DNA from: an uncultured Chloroflexia bacterium
GTDB lineage: Bacteria > Chloroflexota > Limnocylindria > Limnocylindrales > CSP1-4
NCBI GenBank assembly: GCA_963783055.1
Contig: CAWAMB010000004.1
Span: 1,251,368 to 1,315,367, forward strand
Direction: 5' to 3'
DNA: 64,000 bases
The position numbers and the translations under genes were made by a program. The notes under the pieces are model-generated. The model did not search any database, was not told where the DNA came from, and was given only the letters and a program-made list of their open reading frames with translations. Below are positions 41,403 to 50,377 of the stretch, piece after piece. How positions within the stretch are numbered: the stretch's first letter is position 1; every line of letters begins with the position of its first letter.

Positions 41403-42082
41403 GCCGTGACCTGCCGTTCCACCCGTCCGACGAGGACCGCATCGCGGCCGACATGACGCGCGAGCTCGAGGCGATGACGATGACCTCTCCGCCGACGGTC
41501 AGCGATGGCTTTGCCGACCGGGTCATGGTGGCGATCGCGGATGAGCCGCTGCCGCAGCCCGTCCGGGCATTCGGGCTGGCCTTGGTCGGCGGACACCTTC
41601 GTGCGGCGGTCTCGGCCGTCGGGGACGCCTGGCGAACGATCGCGAGTACGCGGGCGCCCCTGTCGGTGCGGGCCCAGGCCCTGGCTCTGGTGCTCGTCGT
41701 GGTCGTCGGGTCGCTCGGGCTGGCGGGCGGGGCGGCCGTCGGTGCCCTCGGACTGCTCGGCAACAGCGGGCCGACCCCGGCGCCGAGCGGTCCGCCACCA
41801 AGCCAGCCCGCGCCGAGCAGCGCACCGTCACCCGAGCCGTCGCCGTCCGTGGCGCCGTCGCCCGTCGCGACGCCGAGCAACTCGCCCGAGCCGAGCCCGA
41901 CGGACACGGCCGAGCCGACGAATACGGCCGAACCGACCGAGAGTGACGATCACGGCGGCGGCTCTGGGTCGGGTACGAGCTCAGGATCGGGGTCCGGCTC
42001 CGGCTCCGGATCGTCCGGTTCCGGTTCAGACAGTTCCGGCAAGGGCGGCGGCGAGCGCACGCCGAGTCCGACGCCGACATGA
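41399..42082 (+). CDS. putative anti-sigma factor: single-pass membrane protein with PS-rich ectodomain
   Basis: GTG 41399 (GTGA overlap with the sigma stop). Cytoplasmic ~95 aa, TM ALALVLVVVVGSLGLAGGAAVGALGLL, then PSxP repeats and DDHGGGSGSG...(SG)n. Confidence 0.6.
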   Translation: MSRDLPFHPSDEDRIAADMTRELEAMTMTSPPTVSDGFADRVMVAIADEPLPQPVRAFGLALVGGHLRAAVSAVGDAWRTIASTRAPLSVRAQALALVLVVVVGSLGLAGGAAVGALGLLGNSGPTPAPSGPPPSQPAPSSAPSPEPSPSVAPSPVATPSNSPEPSPTDTAEPTNTAEPTESDDHGGGSGSGTSSGSGSGSGSGSSGSGSDSSGKGGGERTPSPTPT

Positions 42083-42137
42083 AAGAGCCCCGGCCGGAGG
42101 CCGGAGCACTGTAGGAGTCAACGTCGAGGAAGTCGGG

Positions 42138-42362
42138 TCAGCGCTCGCTGGGAACCTGGCGGGCCCTTGCCATCGCGCGCGACGGGCTCGACTCGACTCG
42201 GGCAAACAGCAGTCCGAGCGGATCGACGGCGGCAAAGCCAGCGAGTGCTGCCGCGACGATCGGTCCGATCGGCCGGGGGATGCCCGTCACCGACCAGACA
42301 ACCTCGTAGGCAACCCAAGCTGCGGCGAACCAGAGAAGCGCGACCGTGGCACGTTTCGACAT
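42138..42362 (-). CDS. small membrane protein, last gene of the Tad-like operon
   Basis: 74-aa ORF with two hydrophobic helices (VALLWFAAAWVAYEVVW; IGPIVAAALAGFAAV). Confidence 0.45.
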   Translation of the reverse strand: MSKRATVALLWFAAAWVAYEVVWSVTGIPRPIGPIVAAALAGFAAVDPLGLLFARVESSPSRAMARARQVPSER

Positions 42363-42418
42363 GCCATAGATGATTGGCGCCGAACGGTCGCGGCGCCATC
42401 CCCCGGAAGTCCCGTGCG

Positions 42419-43858
42419 CTAGTGGACGAGTCCCTTCTGGTCGAACTGGTAGAGCTTCGACGGGTCATACGGCATGTCGAGCGCCGCGTTCCCGCCGATG
42501 TCGATCTGCCAGGCGATGATCTGGACCGAGGCCGTGCTCAATCCGGAGGATCCGCCCTCCATCTTGATGTTGCCTTTAGGGCTATAGATCGTCCCTGACA
42601 CATTGAGGGTGGACTGACCCTCCAAGTCGATCAATGCAGTTGGATTGCTCCCATTGGCATCGTTCCAGACGACGATCCCCTTGTACGGTCCGGTGTCAAT
42701 CCCTGCGAGCGTGAGCACGGCGCGAGCGTTGAAGTCGATGTTGGCCTGCCCCGTGTGCGTGACGGGGTTGTCGGTGTTGAAGATCAGGACAGGTGCCGGG
42801 GTCCCGGATCCGCCCTGGACCGACGTAATCGACCCGTTCGTGTTCAGCTTGATCCCGCCTCCGGCGAGAATGTAGACGCCCGCACCAAGTTCGAGGGTGA
42901 CGTTGTTCTTGATGTCCCATCCCCCGTAATAGACGCCCGGCAGAAGGTGGATTACCCCCGCGTTGTTGAAGGAACAGCCGGCCGAATTGGGTCCGGTTGG
43001 TGCGGTCACAATTCCGGTCGGACCGCACTGACCGGCGGGATAGTCGGCGGGATCGGGCGGGGCAAGTTCCGCCAGCGGATCGCCGATGCGCACGGCGCCC
43101 TCCGTGAGGGGTCCACCGATCGGCGAGTTCGACTTGCAGGTGCCCGCGGTGAAGATGCCGGGCGATGTCACCTGGCCCCCACCTGCCAGGTCCAGGCCGC
43201 CTTGTCCGCTCGTGCCACAGGTGGTGTTGGGTGTGCCAGTCGAGCAGTTGGAGTTCACCTGCACGTACCCGCCTGGTGTCCCCGGGATCACCGGATGGAT
43301 CGTGATGGCGCCGGTGCCGTGCGTCTTCAGCGCCGAGCAGGACGTCGGATCGAGGGCGATGATCGAGTTTGAGTTGGAATCGCCCGCATTGAAGGCAGCC
43401 ACCGCCGACGAGCTGACCATGATCGAGCGGATGCCAACAACGCCGGCAAGGAACGTGCCTTGATTTCTGCTGACGACGACCTCAACGAACCCCGGGCGGC
43501 CGGCAAACGTCCCGCCTGCGGCGCTTGGCGGATAGTTCACGGCCATCGACGTGCCTTGAGGATCGTTTGCCACGGTGCACGCGGCCGTGCTCGCCTGGCC
43601 GCCGAAGAGCCCGTTCTGATGCGCCACCTTGCACGCCGCGTTGACCATGTCGGTGTAGGTCCCCCCCGCACGGATGTACCTGGCGGCGACGATGGCCGCC
43701 GGGTCGGCAACGTTCTGTGCCTGGCGACGGGCGACAAACACGAAGCCTAGGTCGATGACGAGCGCCGCGATGGCGACCAGGGCGAGGAGGCCCGCCGCGA
43801 AGATGACGAGCACCTGGCCATGCTCGGGTCGCGTGCTGCGGGAGTCGTCGGAGATCAT
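42419..43858 (-). CDS. TadG-like pilus-assembly protein (TadE/G-like N-terminus) with large Cys- and Gly-rich C-terminal domain
   Basis: ORF 42419..43966 trimmed to Met37. N-terminus: EHGQVLVIFAAGLLALVAIAALVIDLGFVFVARRQAQNVAD. C-terminus has beta-helix-like repeats (GVYYGGWDIKNNVTLELGAGVYILAGGGIKLN). Lower GC than its neighbours. Confidence 0.75.
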   Translation of the reverse strand: MISDDSRSTRPEHGQVLVIFAAGLLALVAIAALVIDLGFVFVARRQAQNVADPAAIVAARYIRAGGTYTDMVNAACKVAHQNGLFGGQASTAACTVANDPQGTSMAVNYPPSAAGGTFAGRPGFVEVVVSRNQGTFLAGVVGIRSIMVSSSAVAAFNAGDSNSNSIIALDPTSCSALKTHGTGAITIHPVIPGTPGGYVQVNSNCSTGTPNTTCGTSGQGGLDLAGGGQVTSPGIFTAGTCKSNSPIGGPLTEGAVRIGDPLAELAPPDPADYPAGQCGPTGIVTAPTGPNSAGCSFNNAGVIHLLPGVYYGGWDIKNNVTLELGAGVYILAGGGIKLNTNGSITSVQGGSGTPAPVLIFNTDNPVTHTGQANIDFNARAVLTLAGIDTGPYKGIVVWNDANGSNPTALIDLEGQSTLNVSGTIYSPKGNIKMEGGSSGLSTASVQIIAWQIDIGGNAALDMPYDPSKLYQFDQKGLVH

Positions 43859-43866
43859 GGTCGTCC

Positions 43867-44547
43867 TCACTGTTGACGCTGCATGGCTTCGGTGATGACC
43901 GCGCGGAGCGTGATCGTCTGGGGAACGAACAAGAAGCCGGACATCGGCGGAGTCCAGCGGTAACACGCGTACACGGTGATCGTCGTTGGGTAGGCTTGGC
44001 TGTTCGCATAGGCGAGGGAGCTGGCCTTGTCATCTCCGTCGGCCTTCGAGTTCGCCGAGCCCGGGATCGTGGTCGGCGCGGGACAGGCGACCGCGTTCGG
44101 GTTGGTGCGTGGATCGACCCCGTTCAGCCTGCAATTCGTCATCGCGTTCGGCGCAATCGGGATAGCGTCGGCATTCCCGGCCGGGTCAACGTAGCCAGAC
44201 CAACACGCCGCGATGGTCACGCCGGCCTGCGACATGCCCCAAACCTTCGACCGCCCGGCTGCCGTCATCCTCGGCCAGCCGTCCTCGGGGGCGTCGCACC
44301 GAAAGTAAGAATTTGCCTTGTTGGGCCCGACCGGATCGAGCCGAGACACGGTTGGGCACTGTGCCGTCGAGCTGTGGACGGCGGCGTAGCGGGCGGCCTC
44401 CCGTGCAGCGTTCTCCAGCTGCTGGTTGTAGAACACGTACAACCCGAAAACAACCACGGCCATGAGGAGCCCCATGAAGATCGGGAACACGAAGGCGAAT
44501 TCCATCAGCGCCTGGCCGCGACTGCGCCGGTTCAGCTTCATCCGCAT
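43867..44547 (-). CDS. TadE-like pseudopilin family protein
   Basis: Start MRMKLNRRSRGQALMEFAFVFPIFMGLLMAVVVFGLYVF. Tail of ORF 43867..44832. Confidence 0.8.
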   Translation of the reverse strand: MRMKLNRRSRGQALMEFAFVFPIFMGLLMAVVVFGLYVFYNQQLENAAREAARYAAVHSSTAQCPTVSRLDPVGPNKANSYFRCDAPEDGWPRMTAAGRSKVWGMSQAGVTIAACWSGYVDPAGNADAIPIAPNAMTNCRLNGVDPRTNPNAVACPAPTTIPGSANSKADGDDKASSLAYANSQAYPTTITVYACYRWTPPMSGFLFVPQTITLRAVITEAMQRQQ

Positions 44548-45185
44548 TCCGATGTCCCCAGCGCGAAGTAGCACGGGATCGTGAATGCGCGCTCGCGCTG
44601 GAGCCAGACCTCTGCAAAGGAGAGGAATGGGAGGTTGGCGAGGATCGGTGTGAAGCGATAGCAGACACGAACTTCCGACCAACGCGGGCTCGCGGCTCCC
44701 TCGTTGGCATTGGTCATGCCGCTTGTGAGATTGCCGCATTCGGGCCGCACTCCGGCTCCCTGCGACTCGCCGGCGCAACGCGTGTCCTGGTTGTCGTGCA
44801 CGCACGCACCGATCAATGGCATGCCAGTGCATGTTCTCGTGCCGGAGTCGTACGCGGTATTGGCCTGATCCGACATCTCGTCACAGATCGTGTGAACGGC
44901 GATCGCGTGAAGATCCTGGTAGTAGGCGTCCACGCCCGCGGGGGCTGCAGCGTTCAGCGGGCCGGGCGGGCTCGCGAGGTATGCGTTGGACATGGCCTCG
45001 GCGGCGTTCCGGGCGGCGGCCTCCATGGAGAGGCTCGCCGCGAAGACTCTGCCGAAGTCGGCCACGAGCACGACGAGCATGATGAGCACGGGCGTGACCA
45101 GCGCGAGCTCGACCATGGACTGGCCCGAGCTACGCGAGCGTCCCGAGCGGCGGCGAGTGGCGAGGCGGCGGGGGAGCCAACGCAA
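44538..45185 (-). CDS. TadE-like pseudopilin family protein (TTG start)
   Basis: Sequence RSSGQSMVELALVTPVLIMLVVLVADFGRVF. Nine Cys in the mature part. Overlaps the next gene by 10 nt. Confidence 0.75.
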   Translation of the reverse strand: MRWLPRRLATRRRSGRSRSSGQSMVELALVTPVLIMLVVLVADFGRVFAASLSMEAAARNAAEAMSNAYLASPPGPLNAAAPAGVDAYYQDLHAIAVHTICDEMSDQANTAYDSGTRTCTGMPLIGACVHDNQDTRCAGESQGAGVRPECGNLTSGMTNANEGAASPRWSEVRVCYRFTPILANLPFLSFAEVWLQRERAFTIPCYFALGTSECG

Positions 45186-45255
45186 TGAGAAGACCTGGTA
45201 CCTATGGCGATGCCTGTAATCCCCGGACGGCCGATCGTACTATCCGTGCCCTTGC

Positions 45256-45280
45256 GAACCACCTTGCAGCGACGCGTTTC
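45256..45280 (-). promoter_or_regulatory. candidate ECF-type promoter GAAAC-N16-GTTC upstream of the Tad-like operon
   Basis: The reverse strand reads CCGAAAC-GCGTCGCTGCAAGGTG-GTTCGC, about 70 nt upstream of the TTG at 45185. Confidence 0.25.
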
Positions 45281-45313
45281 GGTGACGTGCCGCAACGCTG
45301 ATACGCTCGCGCG

Positions 45314-45994
45314 ATGATCGTCATCGTCGGCAGCCCCATCGCTGAGCCCGCCCTGCACGGCATCGACGCCGGCGGGCTGAGCTCCGCAATCGCCATTGCG
45401 GCGGTCGCCGGCGGAGCCGCGGTGCAGCTCGTTGGGCGGGTCGGCGAGGACGCGGCGGGCGACCAGGTCCTCCTCGCGCTCGCCGCTGCGGGGGTGGGGC
45501 ATGTCGCGGTCCTGCGCGAGCCCGGTCGGCCGACCCCGGCAGCCGCACCGACGGCCGGCGAATCGCCCAGCCCGGATGGGCCGGCTCTGGGCGAGTCGCT
45601 GCTCGAGGACGAGAGTGGGGGCTCCGAGGACGGCGACGGCGCCATCCCGGCGGGACTGTCGGTCGACGCGGCCGATCTCGAGCTCGCCCTCCGCTACGTG
45701 CCGGACTATCGCGTCCTCGTGATCGCCGCGGACCTCGATCCGGAGCCGCTCGCGACGGTCGTTGCCGCGGCCGGCTGGTCCGGCGCGCATCTCATCGCCC
45801 TGCTCGCCGATGGCGCGTCGACGGAGAGCCTCCCCGCAGCGACGACCGTCCTCCAGCGGCCCGGCGGCGATCCGGAGGGCACGTTCGCGGCGATGGTCGC
45901 GGCCTACGCGGTGGCGCTCGACCAGGGCATCGAGCCCGCTGCGGCCTTTGCCGAGGCGCAGCGGGCCGGAGGCTGGGCGGCCGTCGCCGACTGA
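45314..45994 (+). CDS. PfkB/ribokinase-like fold protein, degenerate (no DTxGAGD motif)
   Basis: 226-aa ORF. N-terminus: IVIVGSP...AIAAVAGGAAVQLVGRVGEDAAGD. A low-complexity insert follows. The C-terminus GDPEGTFAAMVAAYAVAL sits where DTTGAGDAF is expected. Confidence 0.55.
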   Translation: MIVIVGSPIAEPALHGIDAGGLSSAIAIAAVAGGAAVQLVGRVGEDAAGDQVLLALAAAGVGHVAVLREPGRPTPAAAPTAGESPSPDGPALGESLLEDESGGSEDGDGAIPAGLSVDAADLELALRYVPDYRVLVIAADLDPEPLATVVAAAGWSGAHLIALLADGASTESLPAATTVLQRPGGDPEGTFAAMVAAYAVALDQGIEPAAAFAEAQRAGGWAAVAD

Positions 45995-46004
45995 CCCCTC
46001 GGGC

Positions 46005-46736
46005 TCAGGAGCCCGCGACCTCGTCGAACAAGCCCGGCTGCGCCTCGGCCGGCACGGACGCCATCGGCTCGACCTCCTCGAACAGCTCGGGACCGTCGTT
46101 CCGGACGTTGTTCACGAGGAGGCTCACCGGCCAGATGCGCAGCTCCACCTCGTCGCTCGGTTCGAACAGTCCGTGCAGCTCGGCCGGGTCGTCAAGCCCT
46201 GGATCGAGCCACGCCGACCACGCCTCGGGCGGCACGATCACGGGCATCCGATCGTGGAGCCCGGCCATCTGGTCGTTCGGCCGGCTCGTGATGATCGTGA
46301 ACGTTCGAACGACCCGATCGGCGGCGGGATCTCGCCAGCCCGACCAGAGCCCCGCCAGGGCGAGCGGCCGGCCATCATTGCGCGCGATCGCGAACGGCTG
46401 CCGGCGGCTGCCCTCGCGATGCCACTCGTAGAAGCCGTCGACCGGGACGAGACAGCGCTTGCGCCGGAAGGCGTCCCGGAACGCCGGACTCGCCGTCAGG
46501 GTCTCGGCCCGGGCGTTGAACATCCGCGACCCGACCTTGGCCGCGTCGGCCCAGTGCGGGATCAGGCCCCAGCGATAGGCCGTGATCGCGCGGCGCTCCT
46601 CGCGCTGGACGACGACGAGGGCGTCATCCGTCGGGGCGACGTTGAACCGCGGACCGGGGTCGTCGACGAGCGGCTCGGCCGCGAAGATCTCGGCCAGCTC
46701 CGACGCCGGACGTTGCTGGCTGAACCGACCGCACAT
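46005..46736 (-). CDS. SOS response-associated peptidase (SRAP/YedK family)
   Basis: 243-aa ORF beginning MCGRF (Cys2 nucleophile). Motifs seen: FNVAPT, WGLIPHW, NARAETL, PVDGFYEW. Confidence 0.9.
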   Translation of the reverse strand: MCGRFSQQRPASELAEIFAAEPLVDDPGPRFNVAPTDDALVVVQREERRAITAYRWGLIPHWADAAKVGSRMFNARAETLTASPAFRDAFRRKRCLVPVDGFYEWHREGSRRQPFAIARNDGRPLALAGLWSGWRDPAADRVVRTFTIITSRPNDQMAGLHDRMPVIVPPEAWSAWLDPGLDDPAELHGLFEPSDEVELRIWPVSLLVNNVRNDGPELFEEVEPMASVPAEAQPGLFDEVAGS

Positions 46737-46776
46737 TCCGGCAAGTCTAGTGGCCGGTCCTGTATCGTCGGGCGCG

Positions 46777-48006
46777 ATGGATCAGCCGCCCGAATCACCT
46801 GACGCGCCGCCTGGCGCCGACCGCGTCGCGACGCCGCCCGTGGACCCGAACCTCCCAGGCCCACTCGATCGCGCCACTGCCGGCAAGCTGCTCGACCGGG
46901 GTGCGGCCTTGATCGAGAGCGGCGACTACCCCGACGCCCTGGCCGCCTACCAGCGCGTCGTCGGCTTCGACGATCCGGACGTCACCGCGGCGGCCCTCCT
47001 CGGCATGGCCCAGGCCCGCTACCGGATGGACGACGAGGACGCCGCGGTCCGGACCTGGGAAGCGATCCTCGAGCTGCCCGAGACGACGTCGACCTACCAC
47101 GCCTGGCGCAACGTCGCGGCCGCCCGAGTCCGCGACGGCGACCTGAATGGCGCAATCGCGGCCTACCGCGAGGCCGACCGGCGAGCCCCATCCGAGGACA
47201 AGGCGGAGATCTCCAATCGCCTCGGCTGGCTGGCGAAGGAGACGGGCAACGTCCGGGCTTCGCGACGGTACTTCGCCCGCGGCCGCGGGACCGTGATGCC
47301 CTATGCCACGTACGCCCTTCTCGGCGTCACGATCGCCGTCTCGCTGACGGCGATGTTCTCGAGCGATGGCGGGGCGATCTACGAGACTCTCTGGCTGGAC
47401 AAGGGCGCCGTCGCCGCCGGCGAGATCTGGCGGCTCTGGTCCGTGACGCTGCTCCATGATCCCAACAACGTCCTGCACCTGCTGTTCAACATGTACGCGC
47501 TCTACCTCGCCGGACCGATCGTCGAGCGCTTGTACGGCTCGAGCCTGACGGTGGCTCTGTACCTGGCCTGCGCGCTGGGCGGATCGCTCGGGAGCTTCGC
47601 GTTCGGTGGCAGTGGGCCATCCGTCGGGGCGTCTGGAGCGATCTTCGGGCTGTTCGGCATTCTCCTGGTCGCCACCCGTACCCACCATCCGGCGCTGGAC
47701 CGGGCATCGCGAGCGTTCGTCGGCCAGCTCGGGACCCTGCTCATGATCAACATCATCTTCGGGATCATCGCGGCGGGGTATATCGACAACGCAGCCCACG
47801 CCGGCGGCTTCGTCGCCGGCGCCCTCCTCGGCGTCGCGTTCGTGCCCGGCAAGGTCGCCACGATCCGAGGGATGTGGCAGGCGGGCTCGTCGGGTCAGCT
47901 GGCGGGCGGCTTCATCGGCAGCCCCGCGGGGCGCGCCGCCGCACTCCTGGTGCTCGTGGTCGCGATGGCCGTCGCCTGGGTGATCGGGCTCGGCCGCTGG
48001 GGCTGA
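46777..48006 (+). CDS. rhomboid-family intramembrane serine protease with N-terminal TPR-like region
   Basis: ORF 46582..48006 trimmed to ATG 46777 (Met66). Motifs seen: WRLWSVTLLH, GASGAIFG, AAHAGGFVAG. Confidence 0.85.
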   Translation: MDQPPESPDAPPGADRVATPPVDPNLPGPLDRATAGKLLDRGAALIESGDYPDALAAYQRVVGFDDPDVTAAALLGMAQARYRMDDEDAAVRTWEAILELPETTSTYHAWRNVAAARVRDGDLNGAIAAYREADRRAPSEDKAEISNRLGWLAKETGNVRASRRYFARGRGTVMPYATYALLGVTIAVSLTAMFSSDGGAIYETLWLDKGAVAAGEIWRLWSVTLLHDPNNVLHLLFNMYALYLAGPIVERLYGSSLTVALYLACALGGSLGSFAFGGSGPSVGASGAIFGLFGILLVATRTHHPALDRASRAFVGQLGTLLMINIIFGIIAAGYIDNAAHAGGFVAGALLGVAFVPGKVATIRGMWQAGSSGQLAGGFIGSPAGRAAALLVLVVAMAVAWVIGLGRWG

Positions 48007-48016
48007 TCCCGGTCGA

Positions 48017-49495
48017 TCACGCCGAACGGCCCACGCCATCGGGCGGGTGAACCGGAAGCACGACGCTGACCCGGGCGCCACGCGGGCTCAGGTTCTCGGC
48101 GATCGCGGTCCCGCCGTGGGCCCGGGCGAGCTCGCGCACGATCGACAGGCCGAGGCCGCTCCCCGAGCCGGATCGCGACGGATCGCCGCGGTAGAACCGC
48201 TCGAACGCCCGGCCGATGCCGCCCGGTGCGAAGCCCGGTCCGTCGTCGACCACGGAGAAGGCGATGGCCGGCCCGGCGACGCCGCCTTCGCCGGCGACCC
48301 CACGGACCTCGAGCCGGACCGTTCCGCCCGCGGGCGTGACCGCGATCGCGTTGTCGACCAGGTTGCCCAGGATGCGGTCGAGGGCGAGCCGGTCGGCTGC
48401 CAACGATCGACCGACCGTGGCCGGCCCGCCGCCTTCGGGAGCCGCTTCCCGATCCGGGGTCGCGGTCAGGATCACGCCGGCCGCGGACGCGGCGGCGGCG
48501 AAGCGATCGACGGTCGCGTCGATCACGGCATCTGCATCGATCGGCTCGAGACGCAGGGCATCGGTCCCGGCGCGCAGTCGGTCGATCGCCCCGAGCTCGC
48601 CGACGAGGCGCTCGAGACGGTCAGCCTCTTCGGCGATGGCCGCGGCGGCGCGGTCGGCGGCCGCACCCGTCGCCGTGCCGTCCGCGAGGGCCGCGGCGTA
48701 GCCGGCGATCACGGTCAGCGGCGTTCGCAGGTCGTGGCGAAGATCGGCCAGGAGCTCACTCTCGCGGGCTCGCGTCCGGGCGAGCTCCTCCGCCAGGGCG
48801 TTGACCTGGGCCGTCGCGTCGCGCACCTCGCGCGGGCCGGCCAGGGGCAGCGGTGGCGGCGGGCCGGCGGCCGCGCCGGGCTCGACGAGCTCGCTGGTGC
48901 GTCGGGCCAGGCGCTCGAGCGGCCGGGCGATCGAGCGCGACAGGAGCAGCGCCAGAGGCGCCCCGATGACCAGCGTGACGAGGATGACGATCGGCAACGT
49001 CCTGCCGAGATCGCGCAGGGCGGCAGCTCCGGAATGATCGATCGTCGACAGGAGGATGGCCCGCGCCGCGCTCGCGTTCGGGCCGCGCAGGACGAGGGCG
49101 GCGTAGTCGTGGACTTGGCCGTCGGTGAACGGCGTCGATCCGGTCAGGGTGTCGCCGATCCGGGTGGCCGTCGAGATCGGGATCGGGCTGGCAGGGGAGG
49201 GATCGGCCGGCCCGACGTCGACGACCGAGCCGTCGGCCGCGAGGAGATGGACGGTCACGGTGTCGCTGCTGACCTCGTCGCGGATCTGGGCGATGACCTG
49301 GCGGATCTCGCGATCGACCACGGCGCCGCGGAGCCGCACGGCAAAGGTCTGGGCGACGTCGGCCAGGGCGCTCGACGTCGCCTCGGCATGGAGCGATCGC
49401 AGGGCGACGAACATCGTGGCGCCGATCGCCAGCCACAGGACGACCGCCAGCAGGGCGATCGCGCCGACGATCCGGCCGGTCAGGCTGCGGGGCAT
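48017..49495 (-). CDS. two-component sensor histidine kinase
   Basis: 492-aa ORF with two TMs. H-box RHDLRTPLTVIAGY. Also NLVDNAI, DDGPGF, GSGLGLSIV. Confidence 0.9.
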   Translation of the reverse strand: MPRSLTGRIVGAIALLAVVLWLAIGATMFVALRSLHAEATSSALADVAQTFAVRLRGAVVDREIRQVIAQIRDEVSSDTVTVHLLAADGSVVDVGPADPSPASPIPISTATRIGDTLTGSTPFTDGQVHDYAALVLRGPNASAARAILLSTIDHSGAAALRDLGRTLPIVILVTLVIGAPLALLLSRSIARPLERLARRTSELVEPGAAAGPPPPLPLAGPREVRDATAQVNALAEELARTRARESELLADLRHDLRTPLTVIAGYAAALADGTATGAAADRAAAAIAEEADRLERLVGELGAIDRLRAGTDALRLEPIDADAVIDATVDRFAAAASAAGVILTATPDREAAPEGGGPATVGRSLAADRLALDRILGNLVDNAIAVTPAGGTVRLEVRGVAGEGGVAGPAIAFSVVDDGPGFAPGGIGRAFERFYRGDPSRSGSGSGLGLSIVRELARAHGGTAIAENLSPRGARVSVVLPVHPPDGVGRSA

Positions 49496-49509
49496 TGGCT
49501 CGGTCGCCG

Positions 49510-50247
49510 TCAGGCCGGGTCGGTCGGGGTCGCGGGCGGCCGCGACCCCGCATCCGGGGCGGGCACCGGTTCGCGGGCCGGCGGGACCAGCCGGTAGCCC
49601 ACTCCGCGGACCGTCTCGATCTGGGGACCGTCCGAGCCGAGCTTGCGGCGGACCTCGCTCACGTGGACGTCGACCGTCCGGGTCTCGCCCGGAAAGTCCG
49701 TGCCCCAGACGTCCTCCAGGAGCCCATCCCGGGTGAGGACCACCCCCGGGTCGCGGGCCAGCGCCGCCAGCAGGTCGAACTCGCGGGCGCGCAGGCCGAG
49801 ATCGCGGCCGGCGACGGTCGCTTCGCGGCGGCGCGGGTCGATCCGGAGCTCGCCGACATCCATCGGCCGCCCGCCGCGGGCCGTCGCGTCGGTCCGGCGG
49901 AGAATCGCCTTGACACGAGCAACGAGGGCTCGCGGGTTGAACGGCTTCGTGACGTAGTCGTCGGCTCCGAGCTCCAGGCCGACGATCGCGTCGACGTCAT
50001 CGTCCCGTGCCGTGAGCATCAGGACCGGCGTGTCGCCGCGCCGCCGGATCTCGCGACAGACCTCGAATCCGTCGACCTTCGGGAGCATCAGGTCGAGGAT
50101 GACGAGATCCGGATCGTGCCGGGCGTGGCGGTCGAGAGCTTCCTCGCCATCGTGCGCGGCAACGACCGCGAACCCGTCCTTCTCGAGGTAGAGCCGGACG
50201 AGATCGACGATGTGGCGCTCATCGTCGACGACCAGAATCGTCTTCAT
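49510..50247 (-). CDS. OmpR/PhoB-family response regulator
   Basis: ILVVDDE...DLVILDLMLP...VLMLTA...DDYVTKPF plus a winged-helix C-terminus (TVDVHVSEVRRKL...VRGVGYRL). Confidence 0.95.
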   Translation of the reverse strand: MKTILVVDDERHIVDLVRLYLEKDGFAVVAAHDGEEALDRHARHDPDLVILDLMLPKVDGFEVCREIRRRGDTPVLMLTARDDDVDAIVGLELGADDYVTKPFNPRALVARVKAILRRTDATARGGRPMDVGELRIDPRRREATVAGRDLGLRAREFDLLAALARDPGVVLTRDGLLEDVWGTDFPGETRTVDVHVSEVRRKLGSDGPQIETVRGVGYRLVPPAREPVPAPDAGSRPPATPTDPA

Positions 50248-50377
50248 CGACGGGGGCGCACGGCGTCGGCGGGCGTGGACAGCATCGCGGCGGAGGATAC
50301 GCCGCAGCCCTCGCCTCGGCCTCTCCGGATGTCAGCGGAACGTAAGGCGGCGACGCGTCGCCGGGAACAGCGAACGC

